Shown: in pieces, positions 55,504 to 64,000 of the stretch
Position numbering within the stretch: position 1 is the stretch's first letter
Layout of the letters: every line of letters starts with the position of its first letter
From: an uncultured Actinomycetota bacterium
GTDB lineage: Bacteria > Actinomycetota > Actinomycetes > Propionibacteriales > Nocardioidaceae
Length of the DNA stretch: 64,000 bases
Direction of reading: 5' to 3'
Assembly (NCBI GenBank): GCA_963801125.1
Contig: CAWDDL010000014.1
Span: 1,209-65,208, forward strand
The notes under the pieces: generated by a model
Told to the model about the DNA's origin: nothing
The model's database searches: none
Seen by the model: only the letters and a program-made list of their open reading frames with translations
Position numbers and translations under genes: made by a program

Positions 55504-55983
55504 TCATCCGAGCAGGGCGCCGACGGTGCCGCCGAACACGGTTGCGACGATCACCAGCACGGCGACCACGATCCCGACGATGCCGAAACCGCGAGCAGCC
55601 TCGGTCTGAGGATGACTTCCGCGCGCCAGGCCGCCGAGCCACGCGGCCGAGGCACCGAGCGTGGCCGGCGCACCGGACCAGAACACCGGCAGGCTCACGA
55701 TCGTGAGGGCCCCCAGCACGATCGCGCCGACCTTGGCGCGGTCCGGGGTGCGGGAGAGCGGTACGGCGATCGCCAGGGCGAGGACCAGCCCGATGCCGCC
55801 GACCACCGCAGTGCTGTCGATGCTCGAGACCGGTCCGTCCGGAGCGTACGGGTCGTGGTCGGTGAAGAGGATCTCGCCTGCGTGGATGGCGATGCTGAGC
55901 AGCGTCGTCAGCGCGAACGCGCCTCCGACGAGCATGGCCGGGGACAGCCGACGCTCGGGGGCTGTGGCCGTTTGCGTTGTCAT
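55504..55983 (-). CDS. Integral membrane hypothetical protein
   Basis: ATG 55983 follows GGGAGG. About 4 TM helices. Confidence 0.6.
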   Translation of the reverse strand: MTTQTATAPERRLSPAMLVGGAFALTTLLSIAIHAGEILFTDHDPYAPDGPVSSIDSTAVVGGIGLVLALAIAVPLSRTPDRAKVGAIVLGALTIVSLPVFWSGAPATLGASAAWLGGLARGSHPQTEAARGFGIVGIVVAVLVIVATVFGGTVGALLG

Positions 55984-56137
55984 GGTGACCTCCCGTGTTG
56001 CGGGCCCGGCTGGTCCGGGACGCCACATCCACCGTGTGGCAGCCGGTGTCCCGGCTGCCAGGACCTCGCTGTCCCGCGCCGTCCCGGGTCTTCCCGAGGG
56101 GGTCCCCGAACGCGTCCGCTTGGCACATCATGTCTGT

Positions 56138-57838
56138 GTGAGCACCGCTGTTGCCAGTGCGCGGGGGACGTCCACGGGTGTGGTCGTCGCGGCCGTCACG
56201 GTCGCGTTCGGCGCCCTGCCTCTCGTGGTCGGGTTCAGTGAGACCCCCGTGCCGACGGGGGCGCTGTACGGCGCCGGATGGCCGGCGTTCGGGATCGCGG
56301 CCGCCCTGGTCCTCGACAGTGGGTCAGAACCGCGCGTGGGCCGCGTTCTTGCGGCCCTCGCGCTGGTCCCGACCGCGATGGCGGTGATCGCGCTGCCGGG
56401 GGCGCGGGATCTCGTGTGGAACCGCGTCGAACAGGTGTGGCGCTCCGCAGACGTCGCCACCGTGCTCCTGACGCTGGTGGCGCTCACCTGGGCGATGGGC
56501 TACGCGCCCGGGCGGGTGCCTCGCCGGCGGTTGTTCTGGTTGCTGGTCTGGTCCGCGGTCGTCTTCGGCGCCGTCGTGGTCGCGGATGCCGCGCTCGGCT
56601 CGCGTGCCGAGGCCGTCGTCGTCACCTTGAGCATGTGGGCGCTCGCCGGCATCGTGGCGCGGCTGACGATCGCGAGCGAAGCCAGGCCCGTCGACGAACC
56701 GCTCCTGGACGTCGTCGCGGCTGCGCTGCCGCTGGCGTTCGGTGCAGCCGGTGGCGTGTCGGTTCGGTGGGCGGGCACCCGCGCCGGTATCCCCGCGCCG
56801 GACATCGCTGCGGCGTTCGCTGCCGTGACGTCCACCGCCCTGGCCTGGCCGGCGGCGGCCTGGTGGCGGCGATCCCGACTCACCCGCCGCTACGGCACCG
56901 GAACCCTGACGCCGGCCGGAGTCGCCTCCATCACCGCCGACCTGCACCACCTCACGGACCCGCGCGAGCTCCTCGACAAGGCCGCCGACATGGTCCGCGT
57001 CTCCAGCGGGCACCGCGAGGTCAGGCTCGTGCTCGGCGAGGACAGCCCCGACCTCCCGGACGGTTGGGTCGGGCACCCCTTGCTCGTGGGCGGTGACCGG
57101 GTCGGCACCTTGCTGCTCGACCCCGACGACCCCGAAGGACCCGAGCCGCGTCAGGCCCGCATGGTGGCGCAGCTGCTGCCGACCGTCGCGCTCGTGTGTC
57201 GGGCGGTCGGACTCGCCGTCGAGGCCGAAGAAGCTCGCCGCGCCGTCGCTCGCGAACGGGACTCAGAACGGGTCCGGATCCTCGGTGACCTGCACGACGG
57301 CCTCGGCCCGGTCCTGGCCGGCATGAGCATGCGGGTCCAGGCCGAACTACGTTCCAACCCGACCCCGTTGCTCGAGGCTCTGGCCCCGGACCTGGCCGAG
57401 GCACGCGGCGATCTCCGCCGGATTGTCGCCGGGCTCAAACCGTCGGCCCTTCGCGACTCGGACTTGGCCGGTGCACTCGAGCGGCTGGTGAAGACCTTCG
57501 ACGGGGACGGCCGAAGGGTCTCGTTGGAGAGCGCCGTCGAGCACCCCCTGTCCGGGGAGGTGGCCGTCGCGGTCTACCGATGCGTGGCAGAGGGCCTCAC
57601 CAACGCCCTGCGACACGGCCGGGCGGTTCGGGTCACGGTCCGGGTGGCCACGTCGGCGGCCGGCCGGCTCACCGTCGACGTCCGGGACGACGGGCTCGGC
57701 GGACCGATCGCCCCCGGCATCGGGCTCACCTCGCTGCGACAGCGCGCGGAGCAGCTGGGTGGATCGCTCGTCATCGGGCCGTGCGAGAGAGGTGGGGTCC
57801 TGCTCCACGTGGAGCTGCCGACGGGAGGTGAGGGATGA
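56138..57838 (+). CDS. Sensor histidine kinase (HisKA_3/NarL-partner type) with polytopic N-terminal domain; start uncertain
   Basis: The H-box reads ERVRILGDLHDGLGPVLAG. The ATPase domain reads VYRCVAEGLTNALRHG...DDGLGG...GIGLTSLRQRAEQLGG. Confidence 0.85.
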   Translation: MSTAVASARGTSTGVVVAAVTVAFGALPLVVGFSETPVPTGALYGAGWPAFGIAAALVLDSGSEPRVGRVLAALALVPTAMAVIALPGARDLVWNRVEQVWRSADVATVLLTLVALTWAMGYAPGRVPRRRLFWLLVWSAVVFGAVVVADAALGSRAEAVVVTLSMWALAGIVARLTIASEARPVDEPLLDVVAAALPLAFGAAGGVSVRWAGTRAGIPAPDIAAAFAAVTSTALAWPAAAWWRRSRLTRRYGTGTLTPAGVASITADLHHLTDPRELLDKAADMVRVSSGHREVRLVLGEDSPDLPDGWVGHPLLVGGDRVGTLLLDPDDPEGPEPRQARMVAQLLPTVALVCRAVGLAVEAEEARRAVARERDSERVRILGDLHDGLGPVLAGMSMRVQAELRSNPTPLLEALAPDLAEARGDLRRIVAGLKPSALRDSDLAGALERLVKTFDGDGRRVSLESAVEHPLSGEVAVAVYRCVAEGLTNALRHGRAVRVTVRVATSAAGRLTVDVRDDGLGGPIAPGIGLTSLRQRAEQLGGSLVIGPCERGGVLLHVELPTGGEG

Positions 57839-58479
57839 CGAAGGTGATGCTCGTCGACGACCACCCGATCGTGTTGTCCGGGCTCTCGGCTCTGGTCGAG
57901 TCCGAGCACGGGCTCGAGCTGGTCGCCACGGCACGTAGCGCCGCCGAGGCTCGCGCGGTCACCGCCCAGCCGGACGTGGCCGTGGTCGACCTCGACCTGC
58001 CGGACGGCGACGGCATCGAGCTGGGCGCGTCCCTCAAGCGCACGTGGCCGGGTCTGCGGGTGGTCGTACTCACCATGCATGCCGACGACCATGCGGTGAT
58101 CCGCAGCCTCGGCGCCGGCCTGGACGGCTACCTGCTCAAGGACTCCGATCCCGAGGACGTGCTGACGGCCATCCACACCGCGGCCCGCGGTGCCCTCGTG
58201 CTGGGCCGAGGGGCGTCCGAGGCGGTCGTCGCGGCCGCCGCCTCAGCTCCCCGGACCGACGCCCTCGGTTCTCTCGATTCGCGGGACCTCGAGATCCTCG
58301 ACCTGCTCGTGCGGGGCCTGCCCCCGTCGCAGGTCGCCGCACGGCTCTTCCTCGCCCCCAAGACGGTCCGCAACCGGATGTCGGACATGCTTCCCAAGCT
58401 CGGGGTGTCCTCTCGCGACGAGGCAGTCGCCCTCGGCCGGGCGGGAGGTCTCGGCCGGCCCTCAGGTCCGATCCGGTAG
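57835..58479 (+). CDS. Response regulator, NarL/LuxR family
   Basis: The REC domain reads VMLVDDHPIV...VVDLDLPDGDG. The LuxR HTH reads LSPRDLEILDLLVRGLPPSQVAARLFLAPKTVRNRMSDM-like. ATGA overlap with the kinase gene. Confidence 0.9.
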   Translation: MTKVMLVDDHPIVLSGLSALVESEHGLELVATARSAAEARAVTAQPDVAVVDLDLPDGDGIELGASLKRTWPGLRVVVLTMHADDHAVIRSLGAGLDGYLLKDSDPEDVLTAIHTAARGALVLGRGASEAVVAAAASAPRTDALGSLDSRDLEILDLLVRGLPPSQVAARLFLAPKTVRNRMSDMLPKLGVSSRDEAVALGRAGGLGRPSGPIR

Positions 58480-58935
58480 GTGTTCGTCGAGCCAGGCTGA
58501 TCTGCGTGCGGCCGACGCGCGGGACAGCCATGCCTCCTGCACGACCTCGGCGAGCTCGTCGTACGTGATCTCGCCGAGGCGCCCGGCCCGCACCAGCACC
58601 GACAGGTGGCCGTCGAAGTGGGGAGTGGTGAAGAACGGCGAGGAGTCGTCGTGCACCAGCGCGAGCTTGTCGCCCTCGCTCGGCACCCAGAAGACGATGA
58701 CGTCGTCGTAGCGCTCGCCGGTCTCGGGATCGAACGCGTCGGGGCGCGGGTTCCGGAAGAAGACGAACGACTTGCCGCCCACCTGGTAGACCGGTCTCTC
58801 CTCCGTGCCGGGATAGACGGTGACGTGGGGCATGCCCAGGGCGAGGTGGTGCACGTCTTCGACCCCGGCCGGGCGGGCAGTCCTTCTCGCCACCGTCTCA
58901 GGGTAGGCACAGAGCTCGGCTGCGATGCGGTTCAT
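58462..58935 (-). CDS. MmcQ/YjbR-family protein
   Basis: From ATG 58935 (MNRIAAELCAYPETV...HHLALGMPHVTV...VGGKSFVFF...). Confidence 0.65.
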   Translation of the reverse strand: MNRIAAELCAYPETVARRTARPAGVEDVHHLALGMPHVTVYPGTEERPVYQVGGKSFVFFRNPRPDAFDPETGERYDDVIVFWVPSEGDKLALVHDDSSPFFTTPHFDGHLSVLVRAGRLGEITYDELAEVVQEAWLSRASAARRSAWLDEHLPDRT

Positions 58936-59046
58936 GGCGAGTAGTGGACTACGCGTGAATGCGGCCTGCTCCGGTCGTAGCATGGCCGGGTAAGGGGATC
59001 CTCAGTCTGAGGGGTCGACCCTGACCCCGCAGGAAGAAGGCGCAGC

Positions 59047-61005
59047 GTGACCAAGCAGGTCAAGCAGCTCGACCGCGTGATCATCCGGTTCGCCGGTGAC
59101 TCCGGTGACGGGATGCAGCTCACCGGCGACCGCTTCACCCAGGAGACAGCGACGTTCGGCAACGACTTGTCGACGCTGCCGAACTTCCCGGCCGAGATCC
59201 GGGCCCCGCAGGGCACGCTGCCGGGGGTGTCGTCGTTCCAGGTCCACTTCGCCGACCACGACATCCTGACCCCCGGCGACGCCCCGGACGTGCTGGTGGC
59301 GATGAACCCCGCCGCTTTGAAGGCCAACCTGGGCGACCTGAAGAAGGGCGCCACGATCATCGTGGACAGCCACGACTTCACCAACCGCAACCTGAGCAAG
59401 GCCGGCTACGCCGAGAACCCGCTGGAGAACGAGTCGCTGGCCGAGTACGACGTGCAGGCGGTCGACCTGACCGACCTGACCGTCGAGGCGGTCAAGGAGT
59501 TCGGGCTGTCGCGCAAGGACGCCGGCCGGGCCAAGAACATGTTCGCGCTCGGCCTGCTGTCGTGGATGTACGGGCGGCCGACCGAGCCGACCCTGGGCTT
59601 CCTCGAGCGGCGCTTCGCCAAGGCACCGGACATCCGCGACGCCAACGTGACGGCGTTCAAGGCGGGCTGGAACTTCGGTGAGACCACCGAGGCGTTCGCG
59701 GTGCAGTACGAGATCAAGCCGGCCCCGATGGCGTCGGGCACCTACCGCAACATCACCGGCAACCTGGCGCTGGCCTACGGCCTGATCGCCGGGTCCACCC
59801 AGTCCGAGCTGCCGCTGTTCCTCGGCTCGTACCCGATCACCCCGGCCTCGGACATCCTGCACGAGCTGAGCAAGCACAAGCGCTTCGGCGTGACGACGTT
59901 CCAGGCCGAGGACGAGATCGCCGGGATCGGTGCGGCGCTCGGCGCCGCGTTCGGCGGCGCCCTGGGCGTCACCACCACGTCCGGACCCGGAATCGCGCTC
60001 AAGTCCGAGACGATCGGCCTCGCGGTGATGGTGGAGCTGCCGCTGCTGGTGGTCGACGTGCAGCGCGGCGGGCCGTCGACCGGTCTGCCCACCAAGACCG
60101 AGCAGGCCGACCTGCTGCAGGCGATGTTCGGGCGCAACGGCGAGGCACCGGTGCCGATCGTGGCGCCGCAGTCGCCCGCGGACTGCTTCGACGCCGCCGT
60201 CGAGGCGACCCGGATCGCCGTCACCTACCGCACCCCGGTGATGCTGCTCTCCGACGGCTACCTCGCCAACGGCTCCGAGCCGTGGCAGATCCCCGACGTG
60301 GCCGACCTGCCCCGGATCGAGGCCGACTTCGCCACCGGGCCCAACCACCAGGTCACCGACGCCGAAGGTACGGTCACCGGCGAGGAGTTCTGGCCCTACC
60401 TGCGCGACGAGGAGACCCTCGCGCGGCCGTGGGCGGTCCCGGGCACCCAGGGACTCGAGCACCGCATCGGCGGGCTGGAGAAGGGCGACGGGCACGGCAA
60501 CATCTCCTACGACCCCACCAACCACGACTTCATGGTGCGGATCCGCCAGGCGAAGATCGACCGGATCGCCGACTCGCTCCCGCCACTCGCGGTCGACGAT
60601 CCGGGCGCCGAGGACGGTGCCGGAGCCCGCGTGCTGGTGCTCGGCTGGGGTTCGACGTACGGCCCGATCGGCGCCGCGGTCCGCCAGGTCCGCAAGGCCG
60701 GACTGCGGGTCGCCCAGGCCCACCTGCGGCACCTGAACCCGTTCCCCAAGGACCTCGGCGACGTGCTGAAGCGCTACGACGCCGTGATGGTCCCCGAGAT
60801 GAACCTCGGACAGCTCTCCCTGCTGCTCCGCGCCCGCTATCTCGTCGACGTCGTCGGCTACAACTACGTGCGCGGCCTGCCGCTGCGCGCCTCGGAGCTC
60901 GCCGACGCCATCACCGACCTGGTCGAGCACCACCCCGGGGACGAGACCCCCGTGGAACCGGTCGGCAACGGCCACACCGATGCCCAGAAGGAGGCCGTCC
61001 GATGA
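59047..61005 (+). CDS. korA: 2-oxoglutarate:ferredoxin (2-oxoacid:acceptor) oxidoreductase, alpha subunit
   Basis: 652 aa (VIIRFAGDSGDGMQLTG...FLGSYPITPASDILHEL...). Confidence 0.9.
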   Translation: MTKQVKQLDRVIIRFAGDSGDGMQLTGDRFTQETATFGNDLSTLPNFPAEIRAPQGTLPGVSSFQVHFADHDILTPGDAPDVLVAMNPAALKANLGDLKKGATIIVDSHDFTNRNLSKAGYAENPLENESLAEYDVQAVDLTDLTVEAVKEFGLSRKDAGRAKNMFALGLLSWMYGRPTEPTLGFLERRFAKAPDIRDANVTAFKAGWNFGETTEAFAVQYEIKPAPMASGTYRNITGNLALAYGLIAGSTQSELPLFLGSYPITPASDILHELSKHKRFGVTTFQAEDEIAGIGAALGAAFGGALGVTTTSGPGIALKSETIGLAVMVELPLLVVDVQRGGPSTGLPTKTEQADLLQAMFGRNGEAPVPIVAPQSPADCFDAAVEATRIAVTYRTPVMLLSDGYLANGSEPWQIPDVADLPRIEADFATGPNHQVTDAEGTVTGEEFWPYLRDEETLARPWAVPGTQGLEHRIGGLEKGDGHGNISYDPTNHDFMVRIRQAKIDRIADSLPPLAVDDPGAEDGAGARVLVLGWGSTYGPIGAAVRQVRKAGLRVAQAHLRHLNPFPKDLGDVLKRYDAVMVPEMNLGQLSLLLRARYLVDVVGYNYVRGLPLRASELADAITDLVEHHPGDETPVEPVGNGHTDAQKEAVR

Positions 61006-62096
61006 CCACCACCGGGCTGCCGTTCCCCGGCCTGCACGGCGTACCGACCGCCGACGAGCCGCAGAACCGCAAGGAGTTCACCTCAGACCAGGAGGTCCGC
61101 TGGTGCCCCGGCTGCGGTGACTACGCGGTCCTCTCCGCCGTCCAGGGCTTCCTGCCCGACCTCGGCCTCAAGCGCGAGAACATCGTCTTCGTCTCCGGCA
61201 TCGGCTGCTCGTCGCGGTTCCCCTACTACCTCGACACCTACGGGATGCACTCGATCCACGGCCGCGCGCCGGCCATCGCCACCGGCCTGGCCACCTCGCG
61301 CTCGGACCTGTCGGTGTGGGTGGTCACCGGTGACGGCGACGCACTCTCGATCGGCGGCAACCACCTCATCCACGCGCTGCGCCGCAACGTGAACATGACG
61401 ATCCTGCTGTTCAACAACCGGATCTACGGCCTGACGAAGGGCCAGTACTCCCCCACCTCCGAGCCCGGCAAGGTCACCAAGTCCACCCCGATGGGGTCCC
61501 TGGACAACCCGTTCAACCCGGTCTCGCTCGCGCTCGGCGCCGAAGGCACCTTCGTTGCCCGCACCATCGACTCCGACCGCAAGCACCTCACCTCGGTGCT
61601 GTCCGCCGCCGCCGCGCACCGCGGCACCGCGCTGGTCGAGATCTACCAGAACTGCCCGATCTTCAACGACGGCGCCTTCGACGCGATCAACAAGAAGGCC
61701 GCCGGCGACTCGGAGACCGGTGGCGTGATCCCGCTCGAGCACGGACAGCCGGTGCGCTTCGGTCCGGCCGGCGAGGACGGCCTCGGCACCCGCGGCGTTG
61801 CCCATGACCCCGCCACCGGGGGGGTGCGGGTCGTCGACGTCGCCGACGTCGACCCGTCCGGGCTGATCGTGCACGACGCGCATGCCGACAACCCCACGAC
61901 CGCGTTCGCGCTGTCCCGGCTGACCGACGCCGGCGTGCTCACCCAGGCCCCGATCGGGATCTTCCGCCAGGTCGCCCACCCCACGTACGACGACCAGGCT
62001 CGCGACCAGGTCGCCACCGCCCGGCAGGGCACCGAGGACAACCGCGCCGCTCTCGCCGCCCTGCTCGCCAGCGGTGACACGTGGTCGGTCGGCTGA
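61002..62096 (+). CDS. korB: 2-oxoglutarate:ferredoxin oxidoreductase, beta subunit (ThDP-binding)
   Basis: From ATG 61002, which forms an ATGA overlap (WCPGCGDYAVL...GIGCSSRFPYY...VTGDGDALSIGGNHLIHALRRNVN...NNRIYGLTKGQ). Confidence 0.9.
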   Translation: MTTTGLPFPGLHGVPTADEPQNRKEFTSDQEVRWCPGCGDYAVLSAVQGFLPDLGLKRENIVFVSGIGCSSRFPYYLDTYGMHSIHGRAPAIATGLATSRSDLSVWVVTGDGDALSIGGNHLIHALRRNVNMTILLFNNRIYGLTKGQYSPTSEPGKVTKSTPMGSLDNPFNPVSLALGAEGTFVARTIDSDRKHLTSVLSAAAAHRGTALVEIYQNCPIFNDGAFDAINKKAAGDSETGGVIPLEHGQPVRFGPAGEDGLGTRGVAHDPATGGVRVVDVADVDPSGLIVHDAHADNPTTAFALSRLTDAGVLTQAPIGIFRQVAHPTYDDQARDQVATARQGTEDNRAALAALLASGDTWSVG

Positions 62097-62119
62097 CCAG
62101 GTACTTGTAGACTCCCAAA

Positions 62120-63028
62120 GTGCCGGAGAGTTCACGCGGTTTCTTCCTGGGCGCTGCGGCCTACGCGATGTGGGGACTGTTCCCCCTGTACTGGCCGCTG
62201 CTCGAGCCTGCCGGGGCGGTCGAGATCCTCGCCCATCGAGTGGCCTGGTCGATGGTCACCATGCTGGCGCTCATCGTCGCCGTACGTCGTGGCGCCGGCC
62301 TGCGCACGCTGCTGGCCGACCCCCGCACCCGCACCATCCTGACCCTGGGCGCGGTCGTGATCGCGGTGAACTGGGGCACCTACATCTGGGGCGTCAACAA
62401 CGACCACGTGGTGGAGACCTCCCTGGGCTACTTCATCAACCCGCTGGTGACCGTGCTGATGGGTGTGGTGGTCCTCGGGGAGCGGCTGCGCCGGCTGCAG
62501 TGGGTCGCGCTCGGCATCGCTGCCGCAGCCGTCGTCGGGCTGACGATCGAGTACGGCCGGCCACCCTGGGTGGCGCTGGTACTCGCGTTCTCGTTCGGCA
62601 GCTACGGGCTGGCGAAGAAGAAGGCCAACGCGGGCGCGGTGGAGAGCCTCACGTTCGAGACGATCGTGCTGGCTCCGATCGCGATCGGCTACATCGCGTT
62701 CCTCGTCGCCACGGGGCGCTCGGAGTTCGGGCCGAACGGAACCGGACACATGCTGCTGCTCGCGGCCACCGGCATCATCACCGCTGTGCCACTGATCTGC
62801 TTCGGCGCCGCCGCCACCCGGGTGTCGATGACCACGATCGGACTGCTGCAGTACCTCGCCCCGACCATCCAGTTCGCGCTCGGCGTCTTCCTCTTCCACG
62901 AACCGATGCCGACGTTCCGGTGGGTCGGCTTCGGTCTGGTCTGGCTGGCGCTGGTGATCTTCACCGTCGAGTCGGTCAACCACCGGCGCCGCCAGCTGCG
63001 GCTGGTCGCCGAGGCCACCGCCCTCTGA
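62120..63028 (+). CDS. rarD: EamA/DMT-family transporter RarD
   Basis: 302 aa (GFFLGAAAYAMWGLFPLYWPLLEPAGAVEILAHRVAWS...LGYFINPLV...). Confidence 0.8.
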   Translation: MPESSRGFFLGAAAYAMWGLFPLYWPLLEPAGAVEILAHRVAWSMVTMLALIVAVRRGAGLRTLLADPRTRTILTLGAVVIAVNWGTYIWGVNNDHVVETSLGYFINPLVTVLMGVVVLGERLRRLQWVALGIAAAAVVGLTIEYGRPPWVALVLAFSFGSYGLAKKKANAGAVESLTFETIVLAPIAIGYIAFLVATGRSEFGPNGTGHMLLLAATGIITAVPLICFGAAATRVSMTTIGLLQYLAPTIQFALGVFLFHEPMPTFRWVGFGLVWLALVIFTVESVNHRRRQLRLVAEATAL

Positions 63029-63087
63029 GCCACGGAGCTTCGCGGCAACCGACCGTTCGGGACCGCGCTCCGGCGGGCCCTGACCGG

Positions 63088-64000
63088 TTACGCCGTGCGC
63101 GTGGCGACGACCTCTGCGAAAGCGTCGAGCGCGTCGCGGACCGGGCTGCCTTCCGGCAGCACCGTGAGCAGCCGGCGCGCCTCCGCGGCCCGGTCGAGCA
63201 CGTAGGCGCGTGCCTCGTCCATCGCGGGGTGCTTACGCAGCAGGTCGAGCGCCTCGGCGTGCAGCGTCTCGTCGCTCAGGTCCGCGTCGAGCAGCTCGAG
63301 CAACCGGGCGTCCGCCGGGTCCGTCGACCGCTTGGCCAGCAGCACCGGCAGCGTCGGGACGCCTTCACGCAGGTCCGTCCCGGGAGTCTTGCCGGACTCC
63401 TCGGACTCGCTGGCGATGTCGAGGATGTCGTCGGAGAGCTGGAACGCCGAACCGATCCTCTCGCCGTACGCCGTCAGCGCCTCCTCGACCTCGAGCGGAG
63501 CACCGGCGAAGCGGGCGCCGTAGCGGGCCGAGGTCGCGATCAGCGAACCGGTCTTGCCGGCCACCACGCGCAGGTAGTGCTCGAGCGGGTCGTCGCCTTC
63601 GCCGGGCCCGAGCGTCTCGAGGATCTGGCCCTCGACGAGCCGGGTGAAGGTCTCCGCCTGGATCTTCACGGCGTCGGCCCCGAGCCGGGCGGTCAGCTCC
63701 GAGGACTTGGAGAACAGGAAGTCGCCGGTGAGGATCGCGACCAGGTTGTCCCACCGCGCGTTCGCCGACTCGGCGCCGCGCCGCAGGACGGCCTCGTCCA
63801 TCACGTCGTCGTGGTAGAGCGAGGCGAGGTGGGTCAGCTCGACCACGCAGGCCGAGGTGACCACCCCATCGGCCTCTGAGTCACCGGTCTCGGCCGCGAG
63901 CAGCACCAGCAGCGGCCGGAATCGCTTGCCCCCGGCCTGCATGAGGTGGCGCGCCGCCACGGTGACGAAGGTGGCCTCGCTCTGGATCGCGTCCTCGAGC
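63088..64000 (-). CDS. Polyprenyl diphosphate synthase (trans-IPPS), 5' end outside window
   Basis: It has the first and second Asp-rich motifs (LYHDDVMDE; FQLSDDILD). The reading frame stays open to the window edge (…LEDAIQSEATFVTVAARHLMQAGGKRFRP). Confidence 0.85.
   Translation of the reverse strand, partial: LEDAIQSEATFVTVAARHLMQAGGKRFRPLLVLLAAETGDSEADGVVTSACVVELTHLASLYHDDVMDEAVLRRGAESANARWDNLVAILTGDFLFSKSSELTARLGADAVKIQAETFTRLVEGQILETLGPGEGDDPLEHYLRVVAGKTGSLIATSARYGARFAGAPLEVEEALTAYGERIGSAFQLSDDILDIASESEESGKTPGTDLREGVPTLPVLLAKRSTDPADARLLELLDADLSDETLHAEALDLLRKHPAMDEARAYVLDRAAEARRLLTVLPEGSPVRDALDAFAEVVATRTA

Overview
This is a 64-kb, roughly 70% GC chromosomal segment. Gene content and codon bias fit a high-GC Gram-positive (Actinomycetota, Nocardioides/Streptomyces-like), but that placement is inference only. 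I can support about 65 protein-coding genes or gene remnants. I saw no rRNA, tRNA or CRISPR array.

Layout:
(i) 1-2.7 kb: the tail of yajQ, then a decayed mobile islet with a frameshifted integrase, vapB/vapC remnants and an apparently intact MNT/HEPN toxin-antitoxin pair.
(ii) 2.7-7 kb: an acyl-CoA dehydrogenase, a FUSC-type membrane protein and a GAF-PP2C-HATPase signalling protein.
(iii) 7-16 kb: a tightly packed ten-gene nuoA-B-C-H-I-J-K-L-M-N cluster with no nuoD/E/F/G.
(iv) 16.1-20.5 kb: immediately upstream of nuo and co-directional, a translationally coupled operon of a GT2 processive glycan synthase, an HlyD-like membrane-fusion protein and a membrane-anchored GH81 endo-beta-1,3-glucanase. 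This is my top candidate for an undescribed system, a monoderm beta-1,3-glucan synthesis/export/trimming module. It is divergent from an L,D-transpeptidase gene that has a long leader.
(v) 22-28.5 kb: small regulators and detoxification-type enzymes.
(vi) 28.5-46.2 kb: a 17-kb block bracketed by two ~98-99% identical direct copies of a UPF0158 gene plus its upstream region. The block holds an aryl-CoA (salicylyl-/2-aminobenzoyl-CoA type) catabolic operon, an internally deleted integrase remnant, and a PucR-linked operon of a ThDP enzyme, an epimerase, an SDR and a BASS transporter.
(vii) 46-64 kb: a MerR-linked ABC efflux operon, an M20 peptidase plus PLP decarboxylase pair, a NarL-type two-component system, korAB, rarD and a polyprenyl synthase that runs off the right edge.

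Many adjacent genes share ATGA/GTGA stop-start overlaps. Most long ORFs in the track that lie antisense to, or out of frame with, these genes are high-GC artefacts.
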